From: a virus
Lineage: Duplodnaviria; Caudoviricetes
Reading direction: 5' to 3' (one strand)
DNA: 60,804 bases
Virus record (IMG/VR): IMGVR_UViG_3300048592_000232
Span: 1-60,804 of that record
Both the position numbers and the translations under genes were made by a program. Shown piece after piece: positions 16,925 to 26,341 of the stretch. The notes below the pieces were generated by a model. That model searched no databases and had not been told where the DNA came from. It worked only from the letters and a program-made list of their open reading frames with translations. How positions within the stretch are numbered: position 1 is the first letter of the stretch; each line of letters opens with the position of its first letter.

Positions 16925-17809
16925 ATGGAGAACACAAAGATCGAGTGGGCGCATCACACGTTTAACCCGTGGATTGGATGCGCAAAGGTGTCGGATGGTT
17001 GCCGGTTCTGCTACGCCGAAGCATTCGCCAGGCGCTACAACAAGGCCGAATGGGGACCAGCCGCGCAGCGCATACGCACCAGCGACGCCTACTGGCGCAA
17101 ACCGTTGTCGTGGAATCGGAAAGCCAAGCAAGAAGGCCGGCGCTATCGGGTGTTCTGCGCATCGCTGGCCGATGTCTTTGAGGATAAAGCCGAACTTGAT
17201 ACCTGGCGTCATGACCTCTTTCTTATAATTGAGCAGACACAGTCGCTTGATTGGCTTTTACTTACCAAACGACCAGAAAACGTGGCGACCATCATCGAGC
17301 GCCATGTTCCACAGGGAATTGCAAACTACTTCGATCTCAATCCGCACGTCTGGATCGGTGCGTCAATCGAAAACCAGGAGCAGGCAAACAAGCGTATCCC
17401 CCATCTGTTGGAAATACCTGCACGAGTACGCTTTCTAAGCATGGAACCACTGCTCGACCCAGTAGACCTAACCCCATGGGTAAACAGTTGCCCCAGTTGC
17501 GGCGCGCATCGCAAGGATAGCCTCCCAAATATCAGTTGTGGCTACTGCGAAGAACAACCACGCGTCCGTGGCCTCCAGTGGGTCATCGTCGGCGGCGAGA
17601 GTGGCGCCAAAGCCCGCCCAATGCGTGAAAGTTGGGTACGCTCCATTCTCAATCAATGCCAAGTATCGGCAACGCCATTCTTCTTCAAGCAATGGGGAGA
17701 ATGGGCGCCAACAGATCACTCTCCGACAGTAACCGACGTAATGAATCGCGTCGGAAAAACCGCAGCCGGACGCCAACTCAACGGGCGCACATGGGACGAA
17801 ACGCCATGA
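16925..17809 (+). CDS. DUF5131 / phage Gp37-Gp68 family protein
   Basis: TKIEW..TFNPWIGCAKVSDGCRFCYA; VFCASLADVF; LLLTKRPE; FLSMEPLL; WVIVGGESG; FFFKQWG. Confidence 0.9.
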   Translation: MENTKIEWAHHTFNPWIGCAKVSDGCRFCYAEAFARRYNKAEWGPAAQRIRTSDAYWRKPLSWNRKAKQEGRRYRVFCASLADVFEDKAELDTWRHDLFLIIEQTQSLDWLLLTKRPENVATIIERHVPQGIANYFDLNPHVWIGASIENQEQANKRIPHLLEIPARVRFLSMEPLLDPVDLTPWVNSCPSCGAHRKDSLPNISCGYCEEQPRVRGLQWVIVGGESGAKARPMRESWVRSILNQCQVSATPFFFKQWGEWAPTDHSPTVTDVMNRVGKTAAGRQLNGRTWDETP

Positions 17810-18183
17810 CCACCATCACCGACTACTCGCAGAAAGAGCTGCCGCAGAACATCCGCGACATGCTCGACGGCAAGCACGATGGCCGAGCGCTGGACGGCAA
17901 GAGCCTGGCGCAGGATGTGCGCGACCTGGGCGCAGCCAAAGAGCGCGTTAAGGCGCTGCTGTACATCGAAGGGCACGTAACCGGCGCTGACCTGTACACC
18001 CTGGCCGCCGATGAAATCGAGAGCCTGCGTGCGCAGGTGGAAGACCACATCGCCAATGCCCTGGTTAGGGCAAATCGGCAGGCGATCATCGTCGAGGCGC
18101 TGCGGCATATCCGGGAATTCAGCTTGTATCAACATGACCGAGAGGTTGCCACGCAGGTGCTGAGAGAGATTGGGGAGCAGTGA
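17806..18183 (+). CDS. Hypothetical protein
   Basis: ATGA coupling; AADEIESLR motif common in phage early genes. Confidence 0.6.
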   Translation: MTTITDYSQKELPQNIRDMLDGKHDGRALDGKSLAQDVRDLGAAKERVKALLYIEGHVTGADLYTLAADEIESLRAQVEDHIANALVRANRQAIIVEALRHIREFSLYQHDREVATQVLREIGEQ

Positions 18184-18328
18184 ACCATGACTAACGGCAT
18201 GGGATTTAAGACACTCATCTGGACGCACGTCGAACGCCCGTGCCGCTGCACGCCAGAGCACCGGCCATTCTGCCACCGCTGCGGAGGCACGGGCATCTAC
18301 AAAAGCGCACGACTACGGAGGATTGACC

Positions 18329-18571
18329 ATGTACATCAGCAGGAGACCGACGCCACGCACGGCGCACCTGACGCCGCAACCGATCACCAAGCAGCAGGTG
18401 CTTGACGCCGCTGCGCACTGGCGCAGGATCGCCAACGAGCAGGACGCCATCGCCGACAGCGAGACAGCGCAGGGTTTGCCGCGCGGCGACGTGTCCAGTT
18501 ACCGGGCACGTGCCACACTATGGCATCAAGTGGCGGATGACTTGAAAGCGCAAGCGGAGGTGATGGCATGA
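18329..18571 (+). CDS. Hypothetical protein
   Basis: RBS GGAGG; coupled to the next gene. Confidence 0.55.
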   Translation: MYISRRPTPRTAHLTPQPITKQQVLDAAAHWRRIANEQDAIADSETAQGLPRGDVSSYRARATLWHQVADDLKAQAEVMA

Positions 18572-18984
18572 ACACGACCATAACTGTCAACATTGCCGAC
18601 CTCGAAAAGGTCAAGGTCAATCTTGCCCACTATCGAAAACAAATCGAGCAAGCGGCAGAGCGTGAAAACACTTTGATGCGGCTCCTTGAGCGCGCAAACG
18701 CCGAACGGCAGCAACTCAAGGCGGAGATTGCTGCACTGAAGCGCCAACGGATTGCCGACCGCGACGCCATTGCGGAGTATCTGCGCAGGGCAATGTCGGA
18801 TTTCCTCCAGAACACGATCAAGTTTCAGTTGCGCGAGACGCCGGATAGCTACGTTGTCGAAAAGGAGATCGTCAACGCGTGGTGGAAAGCCGCCAATACG
18901 AACTACGAAGACCTGGACGAAGACGATAAGTCCCTGTACATCTGCGACGCTGACGCAATCGTATCGATAGTGAGAGTGAACTGA
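18568..18984 (+). CDS. Hypothetical coiled-coil protein
   Basis: RBS GGAGG; ATGA coupling. Confidence 0.6.
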   Translation: MNTTITVNIADLEKVKVNLAHYRKQIEQAAERENTLMRLLERANAERQQLKAEIAALKRQRIADRDAIAEYLRRAMSDFLQNTIKFQLRETPDSYVVEKEIVNAWWKAANTNYEDLDEDDKSLYICDADAIVSIVRVN

Positions 18985-18988
18985 CACC

Positions 18989-19174
18989 ATGAATACACCA
19001 ACCTATGTCCCGTGGCTTGTCCTGGCAGGCTATGCAATCGCCACAACATCGCTGGTGCATCTCACCATCAAGATAGGCGCTGATGCTGCGCTGGCATGGC
19101 TGGCAGTTGCTGCAATCAGCGTTGCCGTTCGACTTGGCGAGCGGCATTTGAGAAGGACAGAAAGGATACAGTAG
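18989..19174 (+). CDS. Small two-TM membrane protein
   Basis: Two hydrophobic segments. Confidence 0.5.
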   Translation: MNTPTYVPWLVLAGYAIATTSLVHLTIKIGADAALAWLAVAAISVAVRLGERHLRRTERIQ

Positions 19175-19428
19175 TGAGCAACGACACACGTGAAGCGGTT
19201 GCCAGCGTGCAACACGACATCTGGGCGCACTGGATGAAATATCTGTTTTCAGTTTGTTACGTGAATCATGACGGAACGGTGACGATCCCAGCGGACAAAG
19301 CAATTCGCTGGAAACGGCAAATGAATACTGAATACGCCAAGTTAAGCGATGAGGAACAGGAGAGCGACCGCAATCAAGCCGATAAAGTTATCGGAGTGCT
19401 GCAACAAATTGAGCAGGTGAAACCATGA
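19174..19428 (+). CDS. Conserved-type small phage protein
   Basis: HDIWAHW..Y...RWKRQMNTEYAKLSDEEQESDR motif. Confidence 0.6.
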   Translation: MSNDTREAVASVQHDIWAHWMKYLFSVCYVNHDGTVTIPADKAIRWKRQMNTEYAKLSDEEQESDRNQADKVIGVLQQIEQVKP

Positions 19429-19924
19429 ACACCACGATGCGAGCGTGGGTAGTTCGTTGCGAAGGCGAGAGTTGCGTTGTCGTTGCCCGAACTCCAAATC
19501 GGGCAAAACAAATCACACAGCGTTCTGCAAAGGACGCCGGACTCGATGCGCAGTGGACGACTATCACCGTGCGCCGGGCAAAGCAGTTTGACTGTCTCGC
19601 TTTACACCGGGAGATCGGCCCCATCACGCCAAAAGTAGCGGAAACGATGGCGGCGCTATGACTGCCCGCTACGCCATCCAGCTTGCCGACTTCATGGTGT
19701 TGCGCCAGCGTGAACCGGCGCTCGGCATCGTGCTGGCCGCCAACGTCGAGCGTCAGCCGATCACCATCGGCAAGGAGCGCTTTGACGACGAAGCCGTAAC
19801 GTTTGCGTGCCCGGCAGAACAGGCTGAAGCGCTGGTGCAAATCGTGCGCACCAAATACCGCCGCGACGAAGTGCGCATCTGGCGCAACGACACGGGAGCC
19901 AAGAGCGCATGGAGGCGGGTGTAG
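19425..19924 (+). CDS. Two coupled small hypothetical genes (19425-19661, 19658-19924)
   Basis: ATGA overlaps. Confidence 0.5.
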
Positions 19925-20053
19925 TGCTGCAACGAATCGGGCGAATCCGCCACAAAAGATGGCGTGCTATGCCACATTTTGTGGCATCTGCAGGTGTAGT
20001 GCTGCAACGAACTGCGACGCGTGCGTGGAACAGATGAAGGAGGAAAGGAAACA

Positions 20054-21388
20054 ATGGCTAAAAAATCATATTTGACTGTCACTGATCAGTTTTGCGGTGC
20101 GGGCGGTTCCAGTATCGGAGCCACCGCAACCGGTGTTGAATTGCGGGTGGCGCTCAATCACTGGCAACTTGCCATCGAGACACACAACAGCAATTTTCCA
20201 AACGCGCTACATGATTGCACCGACATCTCGGCCTGCGATCCGCGCCGCTACCCATCGACGGACATCCTGATTACCAGCCCGGAATGTACCAATCATAGCT
20301 TGGCGAAGGGAAAGCGCAGGCACAGCCAACCCGATCTATTCGGCGCGAACGTGCCCGACCCGGCAGAGGAACGCAGTCGAGCGACCATGTGGGACGTGCC
20401 CCGCTTTGCGGAGTATCATCGCTACAATGCCATCATCGTCGAGAACGTAGTCGATGCGAAACACTGGGTCACATGGGACGCCTGGCTGCACGCCATGCAG
20501 TTGCTTGGCTACGAGCACCAGATCGTCTTTTTTAACAGCATGTTCGCATGGCCGACGCCGCAGTCGAGAGATCGCATGTACGTGGTCTTCTGGCGCAAGG
20601 GCAATGCACGACCTGACCTCGACTTCCACCCGGCTGCGCACTGCGAGAGGTGCGGCAAGACTGTCGAGAGCGTCCAGTCCTGGAAGCGCCACGGGCAACG
20701 GTGGGGCCGCTACGGTGCGCAATACGTCTACCGCTGTCCCACCTGCGCCGCCGAGGTCAAGCCGTTCTACAACCCCGCTGCTAGCGCCATCGACTGGACG
20801 CTGCCCGCCCCGCGCATCGGAGACCGCAATAAGCCGCTTAAAGGGAAGACGGTTGATAGAATCCAAAAGGGGTTGGACAAATACGGAAGGCGAGAATTGA
20901 TCGTCGATACATCATTTGGCGACGGAGATCGCGCGTCGTTGGTGTCCGAACCACTGCGAACACAGACGACGCGTCAGACGATGGCGCTTATCATGCCCTA
21001 TTACAGCACCGGCGTCGCCAGGCCAACCAGCGAGCCAATTCCGACCGTAACAACGACCGACCGGCACGCGCTTGTAGTGGCGCCTCCGTTCATCCTCGGC
21101 TACTATACGCGCGTATCTGGCGTTCGGGCTGCAATCAGCGGAGTCAATGAGCCTATGCCGACGCAGAGCACGCAGCCGCGTCATTACTTGGTACAGCCGG
21201 GCGGCGTGCCATCTGTCGAGGATTGCGGCTTTAGAATGCTGCGTCCGCACGAGATTCACAACGCGATGGCGTTCCCCTCCGATTATAAAGTCCTCGGCAA
21301 CAATCGCGAACAAGTGCGGCAACTGGGTAACGCAGTCACGCCGCCAGTGATGAAACTGCTCGTTGAGCGTGTGGTGAGGGCACTATGA
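20054..21388 (+). CDS. DNA cytosine-5 methyltransferase (orphan)
   Basis: DQFCGAGG motif I, SPEC motif IV, VENV motif VI, PQSRDR motif VIII, QLGNAV motif X. Confidence 0.93.
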   Translation: MAKKSYLTVTDQFCGAGGSSIGATATGVELRVALNHWQLAIETHNSNFPNALHDCTDISACDPRRYPSTDILITSPECTNHSLAKGKRRHSQPDLFGANVPDPAEERSRATMWDVPRFAEYHRYNAIIVENVVDAKHWVTWDAWLHAMQLLGYEHQIVFFNSMFAWPTPQSRDRMYVVFWRKGNARPDLDFHPAAHCERCGKTVESVQSWKRHGQRWGRYGAQYVYRCPTCAAEVKPFYNPAASAIDWTLPAPRIGDRNKPLKGKTVDRIQKGLDKYGRRELIVDTSFGDGDRASLVSEPLRTQTTRQTMALIMPYYSTGVARPTSEPIPTVTTTDRHALVVAPPFILGYYTRVSGVRAAISGVNEPMPTQSTQPRHYLVQPGGVPSVEDCGFRMLRPHEIHNAMAFPSDYKVLGNNREQVRQLGNAVTPPVMKLLVERVVRAL

Positions 21389-22539
21389 GAAACCAAACGT
21401 CATTCTTTGAGGACATGCGCCTGACACTCGAAGACGCCATCGGCCTAAGCGTCGCCAGCCTGAACGAATACGGGCAACGGTATCGACACTGGGCGATTGC
21501 CTACAGCGGCGGCAAGGACAGCACGGCAACAGTTGCGTTTGTGGCGTGGGCGATTCGCACCGGGCTGGTGCCTGCTCCGGCGTCGCTGACCGTGCTCTAT
21601 GCAGACACGCGCATGGAGCTACCGCCGTTGCAGCAAAGCGCCATGCAGTTGCTGTCAGCATTGTCGGCGCAAGGAATCAGCACGCAGGTCGTGTTGCCGA
21701 AGATGGCGGACAGATTTTTCGTTTACATGCTTGGTCGTGGCGTTCCACCACCAAGCAACACGTTCAGATGGTGCACACCGCAACTCAAGATCGAGCCGAT
21801 GCACGCAGCATTAGCCGACTTACGCCAGCGGCACGGCGAAAAGCTGTTGATGTTGACTGGCGTCAGAATGGGTGAATCGGCGGCGCGTGACCAGCGAATT
21901 GCATTGTCATGCTCAAAAGATTCCGGAGAATGCGGGCAAGGATGGTTTCAGGTCGCCACGCCTGACAGCATGGCAGACACGCTTGCACCGCTTCTGCACT
22001 GGCGATTGTGTCACGTGTACGACTGGCTCTATTTCGATGATCGGCACGGCTATGACGCTTCTGGAATCGCAGCAATCTATGGCGAGGATGATGTGCGAAC
22101 TGGGTGCGTTGGATGCAATCTTGCCAGCCGTGACAACGCGCTAGAACGCCTGCTGCGCCGGCCTGAGTGGTCGCACCTGGCGCCGCTGTTGGAATTGCGC
22201 CCGCTTTACGCTGAACTGAAGCTCGCAAAAAACCGCAAACGCAAAGCCGAACCGGAACTGCGCAAGGACGGCACATTTGCAACGAACGTACAGCGTCTCG
22301 GCCCGCTGACAATGGATGCGCGTCGCTATGGACTTGACCGAGTGTTGGACATTCAGCGGCGCGCCGGCGTTGACCTGATCAATGATGAAGAGATCGCTCG
22401 CATCTTGGAATTGATCGCCGCCGACACCTGGCCGAACAAATGGAGTGGTGACGACATCGCTGGCGACAAGATGCTTGACGCAGTGAGCGTCACAACATTG
22501 GGCGATCTTGTGACGCAACCAATCCTGGTGCACCTATGA
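21385..22539 (+). CDS. Phosphoadenosine phosphosulfate reductase family (DndC-like PP-loop) protein
   Basis: AYSGGKDS, RWCTPQLKIEP, GVRMGESAARD, RTGCVGC. Confidence 0.88.
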   Translation: MRNQTSFFEDMRLTLEDAIGLSVASLNEYGQRYRHWAIAYSGGKDSTATVAFVAWAIRTGLVPAPASLTVLYADTRMELPPLQQSAMQLLSALSAQGISTQVVLPKMADRFFVYMLGRGVPPPSNTFRWCTPQLKIEPMHAALADLRQRHGEKLLMLTGVRMGESAARDQRIALSCSKDSGECGQGWFQVATPDSMADTLAPLLHWRLCHVYDWLYFDDRHGYDASGIAAIYGEDDVRTGCVGCNLASRDNALERLLRRPEWSHLAPLLELRPLYAELKLAKNRKRKAEPELRKDGTFATNVQRLGPLTMDARRYGLDRVLDIQRRAGVDLINDEEIARILELIAADTWPNKWSGDDIAGDKMLDAVSVTTLGDLVTQPILVHL

Positions 22540-22766
22540 ACTACTACATCTTCGACCGTGTACCGGGCTACCATCCAAAATACACGTTTGCGGTGTTGGC
22601 CGTCAACGCCAACGATGCACGGCAGTGGATGCGCAACGTCAACAAAGGCGGTGTGCTGATTCGCACGATCACAAGCGGCGAGGTAAAGGCCGACATGGGC
22701 GCATTGACCACAGCAGCAGAACACGTCATCAGGGAGAAGCGAGAACTTGAGGAAGGGGAGCTATGA
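22536..22766 (+). CDS. Small hypothetical protein
   Basis: ATGA coupling on both sides. Confidence 0.55.
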   Translation: MNYYIFDRVPGYHPKYTFAVLAVNANDARQWMRNVNKGGVLIRTITSGEVKADMGALTTAAEHVIREKRELEEGEL

Positions 22767-23422
22767 CACACGAACTCCGTCTCGACCTGGGCGACCGCAA
22801 CGATCTCACCTGGGCGCAGCGCATCGTCACCAGCTACCACTACCTGCGCCGCCCCGTTGACCCGCGCGCACGCCCGATGGTCTACATCGTGCGTCACGAT
22901 GCTGACACGTACCAGCGTCCCCTCGGTCTGATCATGCTCGGCATTCCGCACGCCACACGCTGCACGGGCTGGTGGGGCTATCCCGGCCTGCCGACACAGT
23001 GGCAGGTCGTGGACTTGTGCCGCATTTGGATTGACCCGGATTTGCAACCTGGTGGACGATGGTGCGACCCGTACACCGTCCCCGGCTTCTACGACCGCTG
23101 CGGCAAGTTTCGCCCGACTACACCAACATGGGCGATCAACGAGGTGCTACAGCGCGTGCAGGCTGACCGGGTGCGCCTGTGGCCTCCGGTCTATTTGGAC
23201 CAGCCCTATCACATCCGGCTCGCCATCTCGTATCATGACCCGCACTACCACCGCGGCACCATCTACCGGCACAGCCACGCCACGCCGATGTACACCGACG
23301 CAACCGGCAACCCGATCCCCGGCTCGTCTGGTAAGTTCGGCTGGTGCTGGCCTCTGCCCGCGCCGGCCTGGGAATGGTGCAACCTGGCGGATTTGCGGGC
23401 AAGACAGATCAGGATGATATGA
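22763..23422 (+). CDS. Mom-like GNAT-fold DNA modification protein
   Basis: IVTSYHYL, DLCRIW, ISYHDPHYHRGTIYR match the Mom-family pattern (HY; E/DLxR; SYxD..H.G.IY). Confidence 0.65.
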   Translation: MTHELRLDLGDRNDLTWAQRIVTSYHYLRRPVDPRARPMVYIVRHDADTYQRPLGLIMLGIPHATRCTGWWGYPGLPTQWQVVDLCRIWIDPDLQPGGRWCDPYTVPGFYDRCGKFRPTTPTWAINEVLQRVQADRVRLWPPVYLDQPYHIRLAISYHDPHYHRGTIYRHSHATPMYTDATGNPIPGSSGKFGWCWPLPAPAWEWCNLADLRARQIRMI

Positions 23423-23514
23423 TCTCTTGCAGCCAGTCGCTCCGACTGCGGAATTTCCGCAGTCACTTTCACACAAATGCATCTCACCAAACCGCAACAC
23501 ACAAGGAGCACGCC

Positions 23515-23976
23515 ATGAAACTCTACGCACTTCTGATCGCCGTCGCCGCTGCCATCCTCGCCACCACTGCCGCCGCGCCAGCAGCACCCCGCTGGCCGTC
23601 CGCATCGCTCACCTACTGGCAGGAGGCCGAGCCGCTGCTCGACACCCTCGACATGGAATGCCGCGCCGGGCTGAAAGCCATAGGCGACCCGGACGCCATC
23701 GAGACCCCCCTCGACGCCGTGACAGCCGTCCAGGAAAGCGCCGCCGAGCTTGACCCGCCGCCCGCCTTGCTGCCGCTGCATACCCGCTTGGCCTACGCCG
23801 CCGAAACGTGCCGGAACACCCTCCAGTATGCCAGCGGTGCAACAAACAACGACGACATGCGCATCGTAATTCCCATGATTACCCAGTTCGGCATTGAGAC
23901 GCTGCGCAGCCTCAATGAGGCACGCGTCGAAGCTGCCCGCTACGCTGCCACGGTCGGCGGATTCCCAGGACGCTAA
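23515..23976 (+). CDS. Secreted protein with N-terminal signal peptide
   Basis: RBS AAGGAG; MKLYALLIAVAAAILATTAAA. Confidence 0.7.
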   Translation: MKLYALLIAVAAAILATTAAAPAAPRWPSASLTYWQEAEPLLDTLDMECRAGLKAIGDPDAIETPLDAVTAVQESAAELDPPPALLPLHTRLAYAAETCRNTLQYASGATNNDDMRIVIPMITQFGIETLRSLNEARVEAARYAATVGGFPGR

Positions 23977-23997
23977 TGAGTTTGCCTGACAGGAGAT

Positions 23998-24129
23998 AGA
24001 AAGGGGAAGCGCCCGGCCAATGGAGACCGGGCGCCTTGTCTTGCGGGCAGTGGGCGCTGAAAGGAAGGGCGTAAGAGCGAATTACAACCCATGCAAAGGA
24101 GAGTGCGCCGCGAGCCTGCCCCTCGTTGC
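23998..24129 (-). ncRNA. Candidate small regulatory RNA
   Basis: TTGACA(24164-24159)-17-TATGCT(24141-24136) promoter; nested stems with apical loop UUCGCUC and CU-rich internal loops; terminator-like hairpin 24009-24034; no RBS-led ORF. Confidence 0.55.
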
Positions 24130-24255
24130 ATTGACAGCATAGCACGTCGCCCGCCCACTGTCAATGCACGGCGGATAAGTACCCTGGCGCACCCCTCCGC
24201 AAACTTCACATAAAACCGACTTTTTGCGCAGAGCTTACCAAGAGTTCACGGCTAT

Positions 24256-24480
24256 TTTTAGCACAGTTTGTGCACAATTGGTCTACAATTGGTCGTAGTA
24301 TTAAGAGCTTTACGAAAATCGCCTTTTTACTCTGGGCGGATTGTCATAAAATTGAGTTAGCGAGCAATTAGTGGACAATTAGTCGTAGTCTAGAGCATAG
24401 TTTTAGCACAGTTTGTGAAAAGTATACCGACTTTTTCGTAGACATAACGCAAAAATCTTCACGCAAACCATACGCAAACC
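24256..24480. repeat. 11-bp-period array containing the second copy (24311-24383) of the 73-bp block
   Basis: 64/73 identical to 2521-2593; ttttagcacagtttgtg at 24256 and 24401; acgcaaa repeats. Confidence 0.8.
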
Positions 24481-24564
24481 TTGCAGGATGTATGTGCTAA
24501 TCGGCGCAACTTGATAGTTACGTCAATTTCTGTAAGTGCCTCCCAGGAAATTTGTAGGTTTCAT

Positions 24565-24686
24565 GGCGACAGTCCGCCAGGGGTCACTTGTCCCAGGATA
24601 TATCCCCCTACGTGTATATATATCTAAAAGATATATACACTAGGGGGGATATCCTTTGGGACGGTGACACCCTGAGCGCTGTCGCC
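24565..24686. repeat. Long imperfect inverted repeat (hairpin B), core inverted relative to hairpin A
   Basis: ggcgacag...gtcac.tgtcccaggatatatccccctacgtgtatatatatct AAA agatatatacactaggggggatatcctttgggacggtgac...ctgtcgcc. Confidence 0.85.
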
Positions 24687-24916
24687 CGGCCTACCAGAAA
24701 ACAAAATCGGCCGCCGACACGCAAAACGCCTTAGACGGGCTGCAAGGCGTCGGAAGTTGCGCTCATGGTAGATTGTACCTTTTTCGTATTTCCGTTGAAC
24801 ATGACCCCCGCCACGACCGAAAACGGCCTATCCGCTGCATATTCGCTGGAAGGATATTTTTATATCAGCCGAAACCGCTAAAAATCATGCAGGCTGATAT
24901 GGTTGCCTGACAGGTA

Positions 24917-24962
24917 TTGACAATTGCTTTGTTTGTGCTACAATCGGGGCTGTAGGAGCGAA
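24917..24962 (+). promoter_or_regulatory. Promoter with leader motif GTAGGAGCGAA
   Basis: TTGACA-16-TACAAT with extended TG. Confidence 0.65.
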
Positions 24963-25070
24963 CAGTCAGGAACGTGCATGAAAGGAGCAAGCCAGTGATT
25001 CACCTATCAGATGCAGCCGCCGCACTGCTTGCGGATTGCGAAACCGCCGCGTGGCTGCAAGGAGCAGGCA

Positions 25071-25238
25071 ATGACGTACCCGGAGAAATTTCAAGTCGTC
25101 GAAGCGTGGGTCAACACCGCGTGGGTGTCCGTCTTCTGGGATGGCCAGGGGTGGCGATTCTTCCACACTCGGCAGACTATCGAAACGGCCATCACGCACT
25201 GGCGACCGCTGATCGGATTGAAGGTGACGCATGACTAG
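25071..25238 (+). CDS. Small hypothetical protein
   Basis: RBS AAGGAG. Confidence 0.5.
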   Translation: MTYPEKFQVVEAWVNTAWVSVFWDGQGWRFFHTRQTIETAITHWRPLIGLKVTHD

Positions 25239-25827
25239 CAATAAGCGGGAAGATCGCTTCTTTCACGTGGCCTTGACGGTCGCCAATGCGCTGGTGGTCA
25301 ATGCCGTCGCGCAGCATGGCGAGTCGCAGGGCGTAGAGTTCGAGCCGCCATTGGCAACCATCGCTTGGCACGAAGGAAATTTCTACATTGTCAACGACGA
25401 AACGATGATTGCTGAAACTGTACCGCCGAACGATGCCGCTGAATACCTTGCTGCCGTATGGCTAGGAAGCTGGCTGGCACGCCGGGACAGCCGCTCCGCA
25501 ATGGAACGTGCGATGCGCGAGAAGGGGCGACAGCTTGGCGTCTTGCAGCGTGGCGGCAGCCGACCCGCCGAACGCCCGGACGATGGACGCAAGTCCAACC
25601 GGGTGGGCACGCCTATCCCTGGCAGGCTCGCCAACCGTTTTGTACTGTCGCCTTTCTCCGCGGGCAAGGGAGAGGGATACTCGACAGCCACGCTGACGCT
25701 GACGCGCTGCAACACCTGCGGCGCGCTGTTCATCAACCCCTACACGGAGTGGGCGAACGGAACATCCTACCCGCACCCAGGCCAACCGATGCAGCACAAA
25801 GACGACTGTCCGATGAAGGGTGCGTAA
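25231..25827 (+). CDS. Hypothetical protein
   Basis: 198 aa; C-terminal CxxC...H...C. Confidence 0.6.
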   Translation: MTSNKREDRFFHVALTVANALVVNAVAQHGESQGVEFEPPLATIAWHEGNFYIVNDETMIAETVPPNDAAEYLAAVWLGSWLARRDSRSAMERAMREKGRQLGVLQRGGSRPAERPDDGRKSNRVGTPIPGRLANRFVLSPFSAGKGEGYSTATLTLTRCNTCGALFINPYTEWANGTSYPHPGQPMQHKDDCPMKGA

Positions 25828-25829
25828 GC

Positions 25830-26336
25830 GTGGCGTCCGGTCGCACGCACGCGCGTGTTGCTGCTGTCTTGCAGGTTCCGCTGACGATAGCGGGCGCCGT
25901 TCTGTTCCTGTCAGGCGACAGTGACTTGGGCGTCGGCTTGGTGATCGGTGGCTTCTTGGGGCTGCTGATTACACCGGACATCGACCACCACGCGCGCACG
26001 GTCGAGGAGGTGCGCTTCTACCAACTCGGCAAAGTGCCGGGTGTGGTGTGGGAGTGGCTTTGGTACGGCTACGCTTTGTTCGTGCCGCACCGAGGCTTGT
26101 CACATTGGCCGGTCATCGGTACGCTGTCGAGGATGCTTTACCTTGCCGTTCTGCTGCGCGTAGCGTCGTGGCTGCTGGCAGGCTTTACCGGCGACGTATG
26201 CCACTTCGCTGACTGCGAAGGCGTAACCGTTCCGCTTGGCGCAATGGCGCTCTTGTTGAGCTACCAGTCACTTTGGGCGGGCGTCCTGCTTGGCTGGATC
26301 ATGCAGGACTTGGGACATCTGTTACTCGACAGGTGA
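25830..26336 (+). CDS. DUF2227-type membrane metal-binding protein (putative hydrolase)
   Basis: SGRTH, TPDID, PHRGLSHWPVIGT, HLLLD with TM segments. Confidence 0.75.
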   Translation: MASGRTHARVAAVLQVPLTIAGAVLFLSGDSDLGVGLVIGGFLGLLITPDIDHHARTVEEVRFYQLGKVPGVVWEWLWYGYALFVPHRGLSHWPVIGTLSRMLYLAVLLRVASWLLAGFTGDVCHFADCEGVTVPLGAMALLLSYQSLWAGVLLGWIMQDLGHLLLDR

Positions 26337-26341
26337 GAAGG

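Noticed and set aside
21385-22539. cysH auxiliary metabolic gene or full Dnd phosphorothioation system
   Set aside because: No other sulfur-assimilation genes or dndA/B/D/E; the context is DNA modification
24091-24213. 40-codon plus-strand ORF overlapping the candidate sRNA
   Set aside because: No RBS before the ATG, no plus-strand promoter, and it lies right after a terminator-like hairpin
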